A stretch of 64,000 nt of DNA from Octopus sinensis (GCF_006345805.1 NC_042997.1:201562001-201626000), one strand, 5' to 3'; positions 1 through 14,362 are shown, numbered from the stretch's first letter. Notes: generated from the letters alone by a model not told the origin. A program made the numbers and translations.

Positions 1-752
1 AACCTGCCCATTACTAATTGAAAACAGTTAGGATTTAGTCATCCTGTCTTACTGTTAAGACTGGATTTAGCCTTTCTCCATACATTTACATTTCAATGCT
101 GGAGTTTTTTTGGCTCGATTTCCCATTTATTCATTAATTAATTATTGACCGACCGAGCGGCTTCGTAGCCCAAAATAAAGTAAAAAAGTGACTGATTAAA
201 TGCCATACGATATCTGCTTGCAGTTTTTTACATTCTGAGTTCAAATCCTTTCAGTTTTCACTGTATCCTACATGTTTTGGGTTTTTTTATTTTTATTAAT
301 ATCTTTTATTTTATTTTTTATTAATATTATTTTATTTTTTACCTGTTTGAATCAGTTGACTGCGGCCATGCTGGGGCATCACCTTGAAGAATCTTTGGTC
401 AGATGGATGGATCCCCCAGAACTTTTTTTTTTTATTTTAAGCCTGGTATTTGTTCCATCAATGTGTTTTGCTGAACTGCTATGCTATGAGGACATAAATA
501 CACCAAGCAGTGATGGGAGACACACACACAAACAAACAAACACGCACACACACGTGTTATCATCATCATCATCATCATTTAGCGTCCGTTTTCCATGCTA
601 GCATGGGTTGGACGGTTTAACTGGGGTCTGTGAAGCCGGAAGGCTTCATCAGGCCCAGTCAGATTTGGCAGTGTTTCTACGGCTGGATGCCCTTCCTAAC
701 GCCAACCATATATATATATATATACATACATATATATATATATATAATATAT

Positions 753-800
<48 letters not shown>

Positions 801-872
801 TATATACATAATATATATATATATATATATATACATATATATACATATATATACATATATATACATATATAT

Positions 873-949
<77 letters not shown>

Positions 950-1697
950 CATATATATGTAACATATATTTCTCCACAGACTGAAACCTTAATCGATTTT
1001 CAAACCTTATTGGATTCTCATCAAAGGCATCCACATCATCATGACAGTAACAAACAGTAAAACTGTTTATATGCAGCAGTTACTTTATGAAGGAGTCCCT
1101 AATTTGCATACTGAAATACCAGCGGCCTGTCAACAGAGATCTTAATCCACACAATATCGAGATATGATATAATATATATGTAACATATGGCATAATTATA
1201 AACAGTGATAATTTTAGCCATTTCTCCACAGACTGAAAAAATGATGAACAACCTTAATGAATTTTCGAACCTTATCAGAGGTGTCCACATCAGAGGTCAC
1301 AAAAGTGACAAAATGTACTGACTAGCACCACCTATGCTAAGTTACAAGTTAAATTAACTCTAAAGCCACTTAAGCAATGTACTTAATGACAGACAAAGGG
1401 AGGTAAGTCCCTAGCATATATAGCCATGCCATGATTTTGAATTTTGATGTAGACCATCTTAATTCTCATCAGCGGCACTTAATGCCAGGTTCTAATTGCT
1501 AATAAGCCACCCTTAATATATATATATATATATATATATAACGGGAAGCTTTATGAAAATAAACAAAAGACGAAGGCAGGTGGAAAACAAACGAACAATT
1601 GTAGCCCCCCTTATATATATATATATATATATACATACATATATATATACATATGTATGTATGTATGTATATATGTATGTATAGATATATATGTATG

Positions 1698-1730
<33 letters not shown>

Positions 1731-1848
1731 GTGTGTGTGGTGTGTGTACATATATATATATGGCAAAAAATAATTTCAAAACAGAACAATTCTGAGCTAA
1801 AACTACAGAAAAAAAAATACGTATATGTATATATGTACATATACATAC

Positions 1849-1879
<31 letters not shown>

Positions 1880-1880
<1 letters not shown>

Positions 1881-2206
1881 CATCATCATCATCATCATCG
1901 TTTAACGTCCGTTCTCCATGCTAGCATGGGTTGGACGGTTCGACTGGGGATCTGGGAAGCCAGAAGGCTGCACCAGTCTCCAGTCTTATCTGGCAATGTT
2001 TCTACAGCTGGATGCCCTTCCTAATGCCAACCACTCCGTGAGTGTAGTGGGTGCTTTTTACGTGCCACCCGCACAGGTGCCAGGCGAGGCTGGCAACGGC
2101 CACGGTCGGATTGGTGCATTTTACGTGCCACCGGCACGGAAGCCAGTCGAGTGGGCACTGGCATCGGCCACGATTCGGATAGTGCTTTTTACGTGCCACC
2201 GGCACA
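1880..2206 (-). mobile_element. RTE 3' UTR fragment. Further copies at about 575-710, 13000-13500, 21720-22215, 24410-24610, 33385-33680, 34345-34677, 40585-40905, 41115-41445, 44870-45360 and 56815-57225
   Basis: Shared consensus catcatcgtttaacgtccg...catgctagcatgggttggacgg...ctacagctggatgcccttcctaa.gccaaccactc. Confidence 0.75.
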
Positions 2207-2573
2207 TATATATATATTTCTGTATGACGTAGACGTTGAGAAACCAACTGAGGGATAGTACCAGTTTGTGCAGTTACCAGTTTTTCTCCACTTGCTAATC
2301 TGTACCTCTCTCATATATCTGTGTGTATTCATCCAATACATTTGAATAAATAGACATACTGGAATGTTTACCGGCTGACGTCTGACGATTCTATATCCTC
2401 TCTGTTTTCTTATTTGCCATACATACATATATATATATATATATACATATAGAATATATATATATGCACAGACACACACATATATGTGTGTGTGTGTATG
2501 TATGAATATATATATATATCTAAATTGCATATATGTAGATGACATAGATATGCACGTATGTGTGTATGTATGC

Positions 2574-2607
<34 letters not shown>

Positions 2608-2619
2608 GTATGTATATAT

Positions 2620-2665
<46 letters not shown>

Positions 2666-2702
2666 TATGTGTATGTATGTATGTTTTATATTACATAATA
2701 TA

Positions 2703-2738
<36 letters not shown>

Positions 2739-2966
2739 CATATATATATAATATATATATATATATACATATATATAGCTACATATATATATATATAATA
2801 TATATATATATATACAAATATATATATATATATATATATATGTATACATATATATATATATATATAATCTATATATATATATATATATATATATATTATG
2901 TATACATACATATGTACATCATCTCCAAAGCTAATATATACATACATATACATATATATATATATA

Positions 2967-3013
<47 letters not shown>

Positions 3014-3549
3014 GTTGGGTGAGTGTGTGTATATTTATGTGTGTTTAAGTATGTATATATATATGTATATGTAAGTGCGTGTGTATTTTTATTGAGAATT
3101 TCCAATTTAAAAAGCTGGATAGTTAACCAATTGCCATCCAACACAAAATTACGTATATATCAGAAATCAATCCTTCATCGGCAAAACATATTTAATGGCT
3201 TCTGAGAAAATTACCTGATATCACCAATCTTTATCAGCAGACCAAATTTTTTACCTTTCTGCAGCACATTCTCATTCCCTTCCATTAAGGAGACACACAT
3301 CCTGATAAGTATTTTCTTCTAAATTTATCATTTAATCCATCTCTTAAGGATGCTGTGGTTTCCTTATCTATAAGAGCAACAGAAAGCAAGCACCAAATAA
3401 CATCCATGTGTATTTAGAACTAGCTTTCTCTGTATTTTTTTCTATACTATCTTAAAAGCTGCCTAAGAGGGTGGCGTTTAAGATAGCTCCCATGGAGAGC
3501 TTTTCATTAGGCCTTGGGCCCAACAATGACACTTCGTGCATTGAGTACA

Positions 3550-3968
3550 TACTCTTTACTCTTTACTCTTTTACTTGTTTCAGTCATTTGACTGTGGCCA
3601 TGCTGGAGCACCGCCTTTAATCGAGCAACTCGACCCCAGGACTTATTCTTTTGTAAGCCCAGTACTTATTCTATTGGTCTCTTTTGCCGAACCACTAAGT
3701 AACGGGGACATAAACACATCAGCATCGGTTGTCAAGCAATGCTAGAGGGACAAACACAGACACACAAACATACACATGCATATATTTATATATATACATA
3801 TATACGACGGGCTTCTTTCAGTTTCCGTCTACCAAATCCACTCACTAGGCTTTGGTCAGCCCGAGGCTATAGTAGAAGACACTTGCCCAAGGTGCCACGC
3901 AGTGGGACTGAACCCGGAACCATGTGGTTGGTAAACAAGCTACTTACCACACAGCCACTTCTGCGCCT
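3550..3968 (-). mobile_element. Full-length tRNA-derived CORE-like SINE (family A) with an internal microsatellite and (AAAGAGTA)n tail
   Basis: Head ggcgcagaagtggctgtgtggt...gggttcagtccc, CORE-like gtggcaccttgggcaagtgtctt. More than 20 copies in the window. Confidence 0.85.
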
Positions 3969-4763
3969 ATTAAATTTTATTAAACTTGAACAATATTTTT
4001 CAAGCAATGAACAATTTTCATCAAAACAATGATATGATTTGTTGACTTGGAACTTATTGCAAAGCTACATGATAAACAACAGTACCACCGTGACCATCAC
4101 CACATCTGCCATACACACGCCATTCAGACTTCTAACGCCACCACCATCAATACCTTTGACTTCACCACACCTTCTCCTCCACCACCTTCACCACTGTCTT
4201 TCACATCACTTACTCTCACCGTCATCCCTGACTGTCTCGGCTACCACCACCATTACCATCATCACTGCCACATCCACCTCTATCACAACTACAGCTCATA
4301 CTATTACTACCATTCCATTACCTATTTCTTTACTACCCACAAGGGGCTAAACACAGAGAGGACAAACAAGGACAGACAAATGGATTAAGTCGATTATATC
4401 AACCCCCAGTGCGTAACTGGTACTTATTTAATGAACCCCTAAAGGATGAAAGGCAAAGTCAACCTCGGTGGAATTTGAACTCAGAACGTAGTGGCAGACG
4501 AAATACTGCTAAGCATTTTGCCCGGCGTGCTAACGTTTCTGCCAGCTCACCGCTAAATGTATGTGTAAAAGAATTCAGTGTTCAGTATGTTGGTTCAGTG
4601 TTCAGTCCCTCTTCCTCTCACATACCCACTCTTTCTCTCTCTCTTATTATTACTCCCACTGCCATCATCAACACTACTACTTTTAATAAAACATCATCAA
4701 CTCTCTCTAAATTTCTTTGTCTCTCTTTCTCTCTCTCTCTCTTTCTTTCTCTCTCTCTCTCTT

Positions 4764-4808
<45 letters not shown>

Positions 4809-5155
4809 CTTTCTCTCTCTCTCTCTCTCTGTCTTCACCACTGCCATCACTGTCTCTATGCCTACTGTTACTCTCACTCCAGCATGAGCAATAGTAGAAA
4901 TGTCATTAAATAGTGAGAGGCGGGTGTCGAAGTGTGACACACTGACACACAGAATTTAGTTTTTGCATTTATTATATTAGATGTGTAGGTATGGTTATGT
5001 GATTCAAGAAGTTTATTTTATTACTGTGATGTTCTGGGTTTGATCTCACAGCGTGGTGCATTGTGCCTTGGGCTCGTTTCTTCAGTTTTAATTTTGTCTG
5101 ATTAATATTTTCTGAGTGAAATATCATGTGAGTAGATAAAACTAAGCAAGAGCTC

Positions 5156-5196
<41 letters not shown>

Positions 5197-5794
5197 TGTG
5201 TGTGTGTGCGTGTGTGTGTGTGTGTGTGTGTGCGTGTGCGTGTGTGCGTGCACACACACATGTGTGCATGTGTGTGTATGAATGTGTGTATATGTGTAAG
5301 TGTGCATGTGTGTGTATATGTGTGTATGTGTTCATGTGTGTGCATATACATGTGTGTATGTGGATGTGTGTACACTGAATGTGTGTGCATGTGTGTGTAT
5401 ATATGTGTCTATGTGTGTGTGTACGTGTGCATGTGTGTATATGTGTATGTGAGTGTGTACATGTGCATGTGTGTATATGTGTGCATATGTGTGTATATAT
5501 GTGTGTGTGCGTGTATACAAAAATGTTTACTGTTCCATTAAGGTAAAACCAACAGAAAGCACTTGATCCAGTGAGAGACTGGATCTATCATTTAACATGC
5601 ACTGCATAAAGATAAAAGGTGGTACACAAAGACACTGTTAGCAGCTTGTACCTTTGTGCTGTGTGCATTAAATGATGCATATGTACACAAGTACATACAT
5701 GTTTATGAAACTTTTACAAGGAAAAAGTCGACAGTGACTTCAAAGTGTCACCTTGTTTGCTTTGTTTGTCAGACTGTAAAAGTTTTGGTTTGAA

Positions 5795-5832
<38 letters not shown>

Positions 5833-6924
5833 GGTTTTGGGTTCAATCCCACTGCATGGCACTTTGGGCAGGTGTCTTCTGCTATAGCCCCGAGCCGACT
5901 GAAGCTTTGTGATTGAATTCTGTAGGCACAAGTTGCTGCCGTGTGTGTATGTATATGTATAGCTGCTGCTCAGTGCCTCTCCAAAAGAGAGAGAAAGGGA
6001 TATATATATGACAGGCTTCTTTCGGTTTCCATCAACCATATCCACTCAGAAGGCTTTGGTCAGCCCAAGGCTCTAGTAGAAGATACTTGCCCAAGATGCC
6101 ACACAGTGGGACTGAACCCAGAACCATATGGTTGGTATAAAAAAAAAAACTGAGAATAAACTCAAGTTTTACATAAGGCTGAGCTGTTCACAACAATCAT
6201 GGTTTGAATCTGAGTAGACACTCAACTTTTAATATAATAAACATTCACTCTCATCCTTATATGCACTCTTGAGCAAGAAACTTTATTTCATGTTTCTCCA
6301 GTTCACTCAGCTGTAGAAATGAGTTGTGATGTCACTGGTGCCAAGTTGTCGCAACCTTTGCTTTTCTGTTGGATAACATTGGTAGAGTGAGAGGAGGCTG
6401 GTATGCATGGGCGACTGCTGGTCTTCCAAAAACGATCTTGCTTGGATGGGTACCCATGAAGGGAACTTTCTAGATGCAATCACATGGTCATTCATGACCG
6501 AAAGGGGTCTTTACCCTATCAGGGCTTAAATTTTATAACAGATTTATCAAAATATCAAACTGATTTTCACCATTTTTTTTGTTTTTCAATGGGTGCAGGA
6601 GTGGCTGTGTGGTAAGTAGCTTGTTTACCAACCACATGGTTCCGGGTTCATTCCCACTGCATGGCACCTTGAGCAAGTGTCTTCTACTATAGCCTTGGGC
6701 TGACCAAAGCCTTAAGTGGTCGGATGCCTATCCTTCAGAGAAGCCATTACAAATTTCATTTGTAATGAGCAACGCTTAAATCAAAATTAATAAACATATT
6801 TATTAAATTATTATATTTTTATATTGTAAATATTTAATCGCTACAGCTACTTCACCCTTTTATGCCTGTCTGTTCTTGTTCGTCCCATCTTTATAATGCC
6901 TTCATGGCAAATATTTATGAAATA

Positions 6925-7073
6925 AAGTAGCTTGCTTACCAACCACATGGTTCCGGGTTCATTCCCACTGCATGGCACCTTGGGCAAGTGTCTTTTACTA
7001 TAGCCTTGGGCTGACCAAAGCCTTGTGAGTGGGTTTGGTAGAAGGAAACTGAAAGAAGCCCATCGTATATATG

Positions 7074-7126
<53 letters not shown>

Positions 7127-7336
7127 ATATGTTTGTGTGTCTGTGTTTGTCTCCCCAACATCGCTTGACAACCGATGGTGGTGTGTTTACGTCCCTGTAA
7201 CCCAGCGGTTTGGCAAAAGAGACCAATAGAATAATTACTAGGCTTACAAAGAATAAGTCCTGGGATCGATTTGCTCAACTAAAGGCGATGCTCCAACATG
7301 GCCGCAGTCAAATGACTGAAGCAAGTAAAAGAGTAA
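6925..7336 (+). mobile_element. SINE family A
   Basis: Matches the family consensus. Confidence 0.8.
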
Positions 7337-8079
7337 AAATGTAAATAAAAATCGGAAAAACTTGCTTAAAAGATTAAATAATTAAAACAAAATCAGTGTA
7401 GTTCAACAAAAGTATGGTAACAAAAGGATTGAGATGATAAACTTTAACCCAAGAGAGATTTAGTTGCTATTTCTAACAGTTTGAGCGACCACTTAGAAGT
7501 TTTCCTCATTGACTCGTTATCTTTATCTTGAATAAATATGTATCATTTCTTTTCCAATCTCTCTGCGGCTGTTACATTATTTATAATCATTATTCTGGTA
7601 GGAGTTTGCCAGTGTGAAAGACAATTTCTGTGGTGAAGAAATACATTTCAAACTATTATTCTAGTTTTAATAGAATCAGGGGAATGCCAGACAGGAAGTC
7701 TTGTGCTAAATAATAAAACAAAGAGTCTGATGAAACTAGTGAAGTTGTGCTTCAGAAAATAACATTACAAAGAGTTCAAACAGTTGAATAAATTTTATGT
7801 CATGCGGTAGGAGAGGATTCTAATATAAGTACAACCATTGGCCAGAGAAAAAGAGAAAGAGAGAAAGAAAGAGAGAAGGAAAGGCTGAAATCTCTGTGCG
7901 TGCTGCTATATTACTCTGTATATTTAAATTTTAAACTCACATGCTACTTGGGGACAACTTTTACTTTTTGTTCTTTCAGGGGTAAAGAAATTCATTTTAT
8001 TCAAGGGTCATGCAATCATCTCCACTCCAAAATAATTGTAGCCCTATACACATGCTAAAAATATCATTATTATTATTAT

Positions 8080-8304
8080 GTTTTTTCCTTCTTTCTTCAA
8101 ATTTTCTTCCGTTTCTTGCCGAGTGTTTTCCATACACCAATGGCAGAGAAGGGCATTGTATGCATTCCCAGATTACACGCGCAAATTCACAGACAAAATA
8201 TGTATTTAAAAATGAATAAATAAATAAATTCATGGATGGATGTTATTTTCACAGCGATAGTGCTCTTCTCAGTACATGAGCCATTCCAGTCAATACGATT
8301 TTTC

Positions 8305-8305
<1 letters not shown>
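8080..8305 (-). mobile_element. Severely 5'-truncated Dong-like copy
   Basis: Minus strand RKIVLTGMAHVLRRALSL* matches the C-terminus at 53277. (ATT)n lies on both sides. Confidence 0.7.
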
Positions 8306-8358
<53 letters not shown>

Positions 8359-8359
<1 letters not shown>

Positions 8360-8902
8360 GAGTGAGAGAGCAGTGCATGCCATCAAAGTGTCACTGGGGT
8401 AAAATATATGAAGCCCAATATACCCATCATGACTACCCGTCTGATAAGGGTACACTAGGCACATGCATCACAACCATATGTGCATGACATGGGGATCTCA
8501 TATCAAGATAAACAGTGCATGACCTCACAGATGGGGCCCAGTTGGAATTTTCTTCAGGTCAAGTAGCCCATGCCGTGAATAAAGGTTGTTCAAGGATGTT
8601 GAAAAAAAAATACTCATATTTTCTGAGGTGAATTATCCAAACCCCCAAGAATTCCTCTCAACACATGGTTATGATGCTCCCCCACTACTTCTGCTCATGA
8701 TCAGAGATGCACATATCATCAGCCACTAAGGGACATGATCAACTGGTTACGGTCAAACAACTGACAAGCAAATCTGTGGTATTCAGCAGAATATTTGCTG
8801 TAGCCTATCTTTTACACCAAGACTTGGTGCAAAGTGTCCAATGGACAAGCCTGGCTATATTGTCGTGAAATCTCTTATATTCTTTCTGGGCTAGTGGTGT
8901 AC
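8359..8902 (-). mobile_element. Internally deleted Dong-like element (zinc-knuckle-region fragment plus 3' UTR)
   Basis: 8824-8902 on the minus strand reads CTPLAQKEYKRFHDNIARLVHWTLCTK. The remainder is shared with 51356-51885 and 61877-62333. (ATT)n flanks. Confidence 0.7.
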
Positions 8903-8961
8903 ATTATTATTTTTATTATTTATTATTATTATTATTATATTATTATTATTATTATCATTAT

Positions 8962-9770
8962 AATTTAGCAGTTTTTATTTATATTGTGTATTTTCACTGC
9001 ACTAGTAAGTATAGCTTTGTGCTGTAGTTTGTTCTGGTGTTATTATTTTTACTGGATTGAAATTGCTCTGTGAGTTGTTCAAGGACCTAGTAGTACTATT
9101 TTCTGTGTGTTATATATATTTGTAAATCCTCGTAGTTTGGCTACATTTTTGTCTCTATGTTTTTAAGCATATCTAAAGCACCGGCAGTTACAAGTATTGT
9201 TTCTGGCCGTCATATCTGGTTCCACATTTGGGTTATTACCACTTCCAGATCTTTGTATTTCAACAGTTTATCCATTCTTCTGAGAGATATATTGTCATTT
9301 GTTGGGACTTGTATGTCAGTTAATAGGCTTTTTCTTTTTGCTGTCCTTGACAACAATATCTGGCCAATTAGCCTTGATCCTCCTATTTATGTGGATCAGT
9401 ATATCCCAAAGTATAGTTGCTTTGCCATTTTCTGAGACCTTTCCTGGGGTATGCCTTTATCATCTTTCTTTTTAATGTTGGTTTTCCATCATAGTGCTGG
9501 CACAACTTCCAGTGTATGTAAGTCTCAATTCTGCTATGTCGATGGATGCATTCTTTCTTGGTCAAGAATGGTCAGCCAGAGATCACAGCATTTACCATTT
9601 CCTCCTCATCACCACATATTCTGCTCTTACTAATTGTATTCTGCTTCATGATGTGTTTTTGGTGGAGAAGCTTTCATCTTGTGTTGCAATTAAGAAGTCT
9701 TCAGTCTCTGCTCTGAATCCTACATTTCTCAACCAGTATTGCAATTTCATTTTGTTTATATCTTCTTTCT
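8962..9770 (-). pseudogene. Degenerate Dong/R4-like ORF (post-RT region, RLE) plus 3' UTR
   Basis: Minus-strand remnants WLRNVGFRAETEDFLIATQDES, IKANWPDIVVKD, KYKDLE and TQKIVLLG, with stops and frameshifts. Confidence 0.75.
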
Positions 9771-10260
9771 TCTTTTTTTTTCTTTTTTTTCTTCTTCTTC
9801 TTCTTCTTCTTCTCTCCTCCTCCTCTTCTTCTTCTCCTCCTCCTCTTCTTCTTCTTTTTTTTTTCTTCTTCTTCTTCTCTTCCTCTCCCTTCCTCCCTCT
9901 CCTCCACTTTCTTCTTCTCTTCTTCTTCTTCTTCTCCTCCTCCTCCTTCTCCTCTTCGTCTTCTTTCTTCCTCTTTTCTTCTCCTCCTCCTCCTCCTCCT
10001 TCTTCCTCCTCTTCCTTCTTCTTCTTCTTTCGTCTTCTCCTCCTCCTCCTCCTCCTCCTCTTTTTCTTCTCCCTTCTCCCTTCCTCTCTCCTCTCCTTCC
10101 TCTTCTGCTTCTCCTTCTCCCTTCCTCCTCCTCCCACTTTCTTTTCTTTCCCTTCTTCTTCTTCTTCTTATTATTATTATTATTATAAAGGTAAGAGTTG
10201 ACAGAATTGTTAATACTTTGGAAGAAATGCTTGGTGGTATTTCGTCTGGTGGTGGTGGTG

Positions 10261-10360
10261 NNNNNNNNNNNNNNNNNNNNNNNNNNNNNNNNNNNNNNNN
10301 NNNNNNNNNNNNNNNNNNNNNNNNNNNNNNNNNNNNNNNNNNNNNNNNNNNNNNNNNNNN
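10261..10360. other. Assembly gap (100 N)
   Basis: Run of exactly 100 N. Confidence 1.
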
Positions 10361-10850
10361 TTTATCCATGAGAGATTATATTGTCAGTTGTTGGGACTTG
10401 TATGTCAGTTAATAGGCTTTTCTTTTTGCTGTCCTTGACAACAATATCTGGCCAATTAGCCTTGATCCTCTATTTATGGTGGATCAGTATATCCCAAAGT
10501 ATAGTTGCTTTGCCATTTTCTGAGACCTTTCCTGGGGTATGCCTTTATCATCTTTCTTTTTAATGTTGGTTTTCCATCATAGTGCTGGCACAACTTCCAG
10601 TGATGTAAGTCTCAATTCTGCTATGTCGATGGATGCATTCTTTCTTGGTCAAGAATGGTCAGCCAGAGATCACAGCATTTACCATTTCCTCCTCATCACC
10701 ACATATTTTGCTCTTACTAATTGTATTCTGCTTCATGAGGTGTTTTGGTGAGAGGAAGCTTTCATCTTGTGTTGCAATTAAGAAGTCTTCAGTCTCTGCT
10801 CTGAATCTACATTCTCAACCAGTATTGCAATTTATTTTGTTATATTCTTT
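10361..10850 (-). pseudogene. Second copy of the degenerate Dong-like segment, right of the gap
   Basis: Near-identical to 9267-9770. Confidence 0.7.
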
Positions 10851-13749
10851 TTTTTCTTCTTTTTTTTCTTTTTTTCCTTCTTCTTTTTTATTTCCTCCTC
10901 TCTCTTCTTCATCCTCCTCTCTTCTTCTTCTTCTCTTTATCTCCTCCTAATCCTCCTCCAATTCTTCTCTTCTTTCTTCTTCCCCTCCTCACTTCTTCTC
11001 TCCTTCATCCTTCTCCTCTTCGTCTTCTTCTTCTTCTCCTCCTCTCCTTCTCCTCCTCTTATTCTTCTTCGTCTTCTCCTCTCCTCCTCTCTTTTCTTCC
11101 CCTTCTTCCTCTCTTTCTTCTCTTATTCTTCTCTCCTCTCCTCCTCCCACTTTCTTCTTGTCGTCTCTTCCCCTCCCCTCTTCTTCTCCTCCTCCTCCTT
11201 CTCCTCTGAGTCTTCTATTCTTCTCCTCCTCTCTTCTCTCCTCTTCTTCTTCTTCGTCGTCATCCTCCTCCTCCTCCTCTTTTTCTTCCCCTTCTCCTCC
11301 TCCTCTTCTTCTTCTCCTTCTCCTCCTCCTCCTCCACTTTCTTCTTCTTCTTCTTATTATTATTATAAAGGTAAAGAGTTGACAGAATTGTTAATACTTT
11401 GGAAGAAATGCTTGGTGGTATTTCGTCTGGTGGTGGTGGTGGTGGGTGGTGGTGGTGGTGACAATGATGATGACGATGATGATGACGACGATGATGATGA
11501 CGACGATGATGATGACTATGATGATGAGATTGACAATGACGATGACGATGATGATGATGATGATGACGACGATGGTGATGATGATGATTATTTAGATGTT
11601 ATATGAGTTTTATTCTTAGAAGCAATAACTGGGCTAATGAAAAAAAAAGTTACTGGCAATAAAATATTTGCCACCAGAAATTAACACTGATGGAATTGGG
11701 ATTTCTTTAAAAACGTCCTAAAATTCTCTGAAAGACAAAAGGGGGAGAGAGAGAGGGAGAGAGGAAGAGAGGATGGGAGGAAGACAGGGAGAGAAAGGGA
11801 GGAAGAGAGCAAGGGGGAGAGAGAGCTAAAATGGTCACTACCTGTTAAGCACCAATAATACTTCATTAATGTTAGACACAAGAATATTGAACAAAATGAG
11901 AGATTGTAGGTTTTTTATTTTTGTTGAGTGGGGGAGGGTTATTTCTTTTTATTTTGATAAAACTTAAGAAGTCGAGCTGAAGACGATGATAAAAATAATG
12001 ATATTAATGATGAGGATGATGATGATGATGATGCCAATGCCTATGCTGCTGCCACCAGTGACGACGATGACAATGATGACGGTGATGGCAACGATGATGA
12101 CGACAATTAAGGTGGTGGTGGTCATGCTGGTGTGAGAAAGAGGACGGGGAGGCAGAGGAGGAGGAGGATAATGACAATAACAACAAAAGTAATGATAATG
12201 ATAACGGCTGTAGTAATAATGATAATAATGATAATTGATAATGATAATCATAATGATAACAGCAATAATGATGATGATGATGATGATGATGTGAAAAAGA
12301 AAAAGAAGAGAAGGTGGTGGAGGTGGTGGTGGTGGTGGGTGGTAGTGGTGGTGGTGGTGGAGGAGGACGAGGAGGAGGAGGAGGAAGATGAGGAGGAGGA
12401 GGTGGAGGAAGAAGAAGAAGAAGAAGTAATTCTTCAGACAATTATACTGTTTTTTTTTGTTGCTATCTTCTCTTTTTTATGTTTGTTTGTTTTTTTTTAC
12501 CATTGAACAAAAGCTACAAGGAAGTTCTGTAACAAAAAAAAAATAACAAAAAATAAATGCCAAACTCTGAGAAATCTCGCTGGAAACTGAGCATGCATAA
12601 ATTTTTTTTTTTTTTTTGCTCTCTTGGTAATGATTTATTATTCAACAACGTTGAAATCTATAAAGAACGAACTCTTGGGGCAGACTGGGGTGGAGGGGGT
12701 GGGTGGGGCAGGGGGGGAAAGAAGAGAAAGATAATTTGAGGTTTTTGACGACTGAAGAGAAATATCAAAGCAAATAACATTTGTCTTGGTTCTGGTTGGT
12801 TTCAGTATTCCTCAACAGACAAAAAAGCAGCTTCCCCCACTCCTCCATTAAACTCTTAAAACATACCAGAAACTCTTCTTCTTTTAAATTAGTTCTTTAG
12901 GACTCATCAAGTCGGCTACCTAGTCTCCACGGCATACAAGCAGCCGACATCACAATTTCTCTTTGAACAAGATGCTGGGTATAAGCTTTTCATCATCATC
13001 ATCATCACTTAATGTCCATTTTCCATGCTAGCATGGGTTGGACGGTTTGACTGGAGCTGGTAATGCTAGGAGCCACATTAGGTACCATTGTCTGTTTTGG
13101 CATGGTTTCTATGGCTGGATGTCCTTCTTAAAGCTAACTGTTTTACAGAAAGTACTACTGGGTGCTTTGTACATGTACCAGCATGGATGCTTTATATGTG
13201 ACCCAAGCATATATATATCGTGGCAGATGCCGGTGCCGCCTTGACTGGCTTTGTGCCAGTGGCACGTAATAAGCACCAACCGATCGTGGCCGTTTGCCAG
13301 CATCCTCTGGCCCCTGTGCTGGTGGCACGTAAAAAGCACCCACTACACTCTCAGAGTGGTTGGCATTAGGAAGGGCATCCAGCTGTAGAAACCCTGCCAA
13401 ATCAGACTGGAGCCTGGTGCAGCTTCCTGGCTTCCCAGACCCCGGTCGAACCGTCCAACCCATGCTAGCATGGAAAGCAGACGTTAAACGATGATGATGA
13501 TATATATATATATACTCTTTTACTCTTTTACTTGTTTCAGTCATATTGACTGTGGCCATGCTAGAGCACTGACCCCTCGACTTATTCTTTGTAAGCCTGG
13601 TACTTATTCTATCACTCTCTTTTGCCAAACTGCTAAGTGACAGGGATGTAAACACACCCAGATCGGTTGTCAAGCAATGGTGGAGGGACAAACACAGACA
13701 CAAACACACAAATATATACATATATCATCATCATCATTATCATCGTCGT

Positions 13750-14362
13750 CGTCGTCATCATTTTCGTTTAACATTTGCTTTCTATGCTGGCATGGGTTTG
13801 ATGGTTTGGCTGAGGGCTGGTGAGCCAGAAGGCTGCACCAGGCTGCAATCTGATCTGCCAGAGTTTCTACAGCTGGATGCCCTTCCTAACACCAACCACT
13901 CTGAGAGTGTAGTGGGTGCTTTTACGTGCCACTCAAGTAGTACTGGCATCATCCACGCTTGAATGGTGTTTTTTATGTGCCACCAGCATGGGATCCGGTC
14001 AGATGGTATTGACATCAACCACACTCGAATGGTGCATTTTACATTCCACTGGCATGGGTGCCGATCAGCTTATACTATCTTCGGCAATGGTACTGACAAC
14101 AACTTCCTTTGCCTCAACGGGTCTTCACAAGCACAGTTTATCACCCAATGATTGAAGGGTGCTCTTAAATGGGCTGGTTATGCTGCACTGGCATAGGCCA
14201 CGATAATGGTCTCACTTGGCTTGCCAGGCCTTCTCAAGCACATTATATCTCCAAAGATCTCAGTCACTTGTCATTGCCTCAGTGGGGCCCAACGTTTGAA
14301 GGTCCTGCTTCAACACCTCATCCCAGGTCTTCTTGGGTCTACCTCTTCCACAGGTTCCCTCT
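13750..14362 (-). mobile_element. 5'-truncated RTE-clade LINE
   Basis: Minus strand EGTCGRGRPKKTWDEVLKQDLQTLGPTEAMTSD*DLWRY, followed by the shared 3' UTR and a (CAT)n tail on the plus strand. Confidence 0.75.

Noticed and set aside
7720-7775. CTGATGA...TGAAG/CTTCA GAAA as a hammerhead
   Set aside because: No stem I partner after any NUH.
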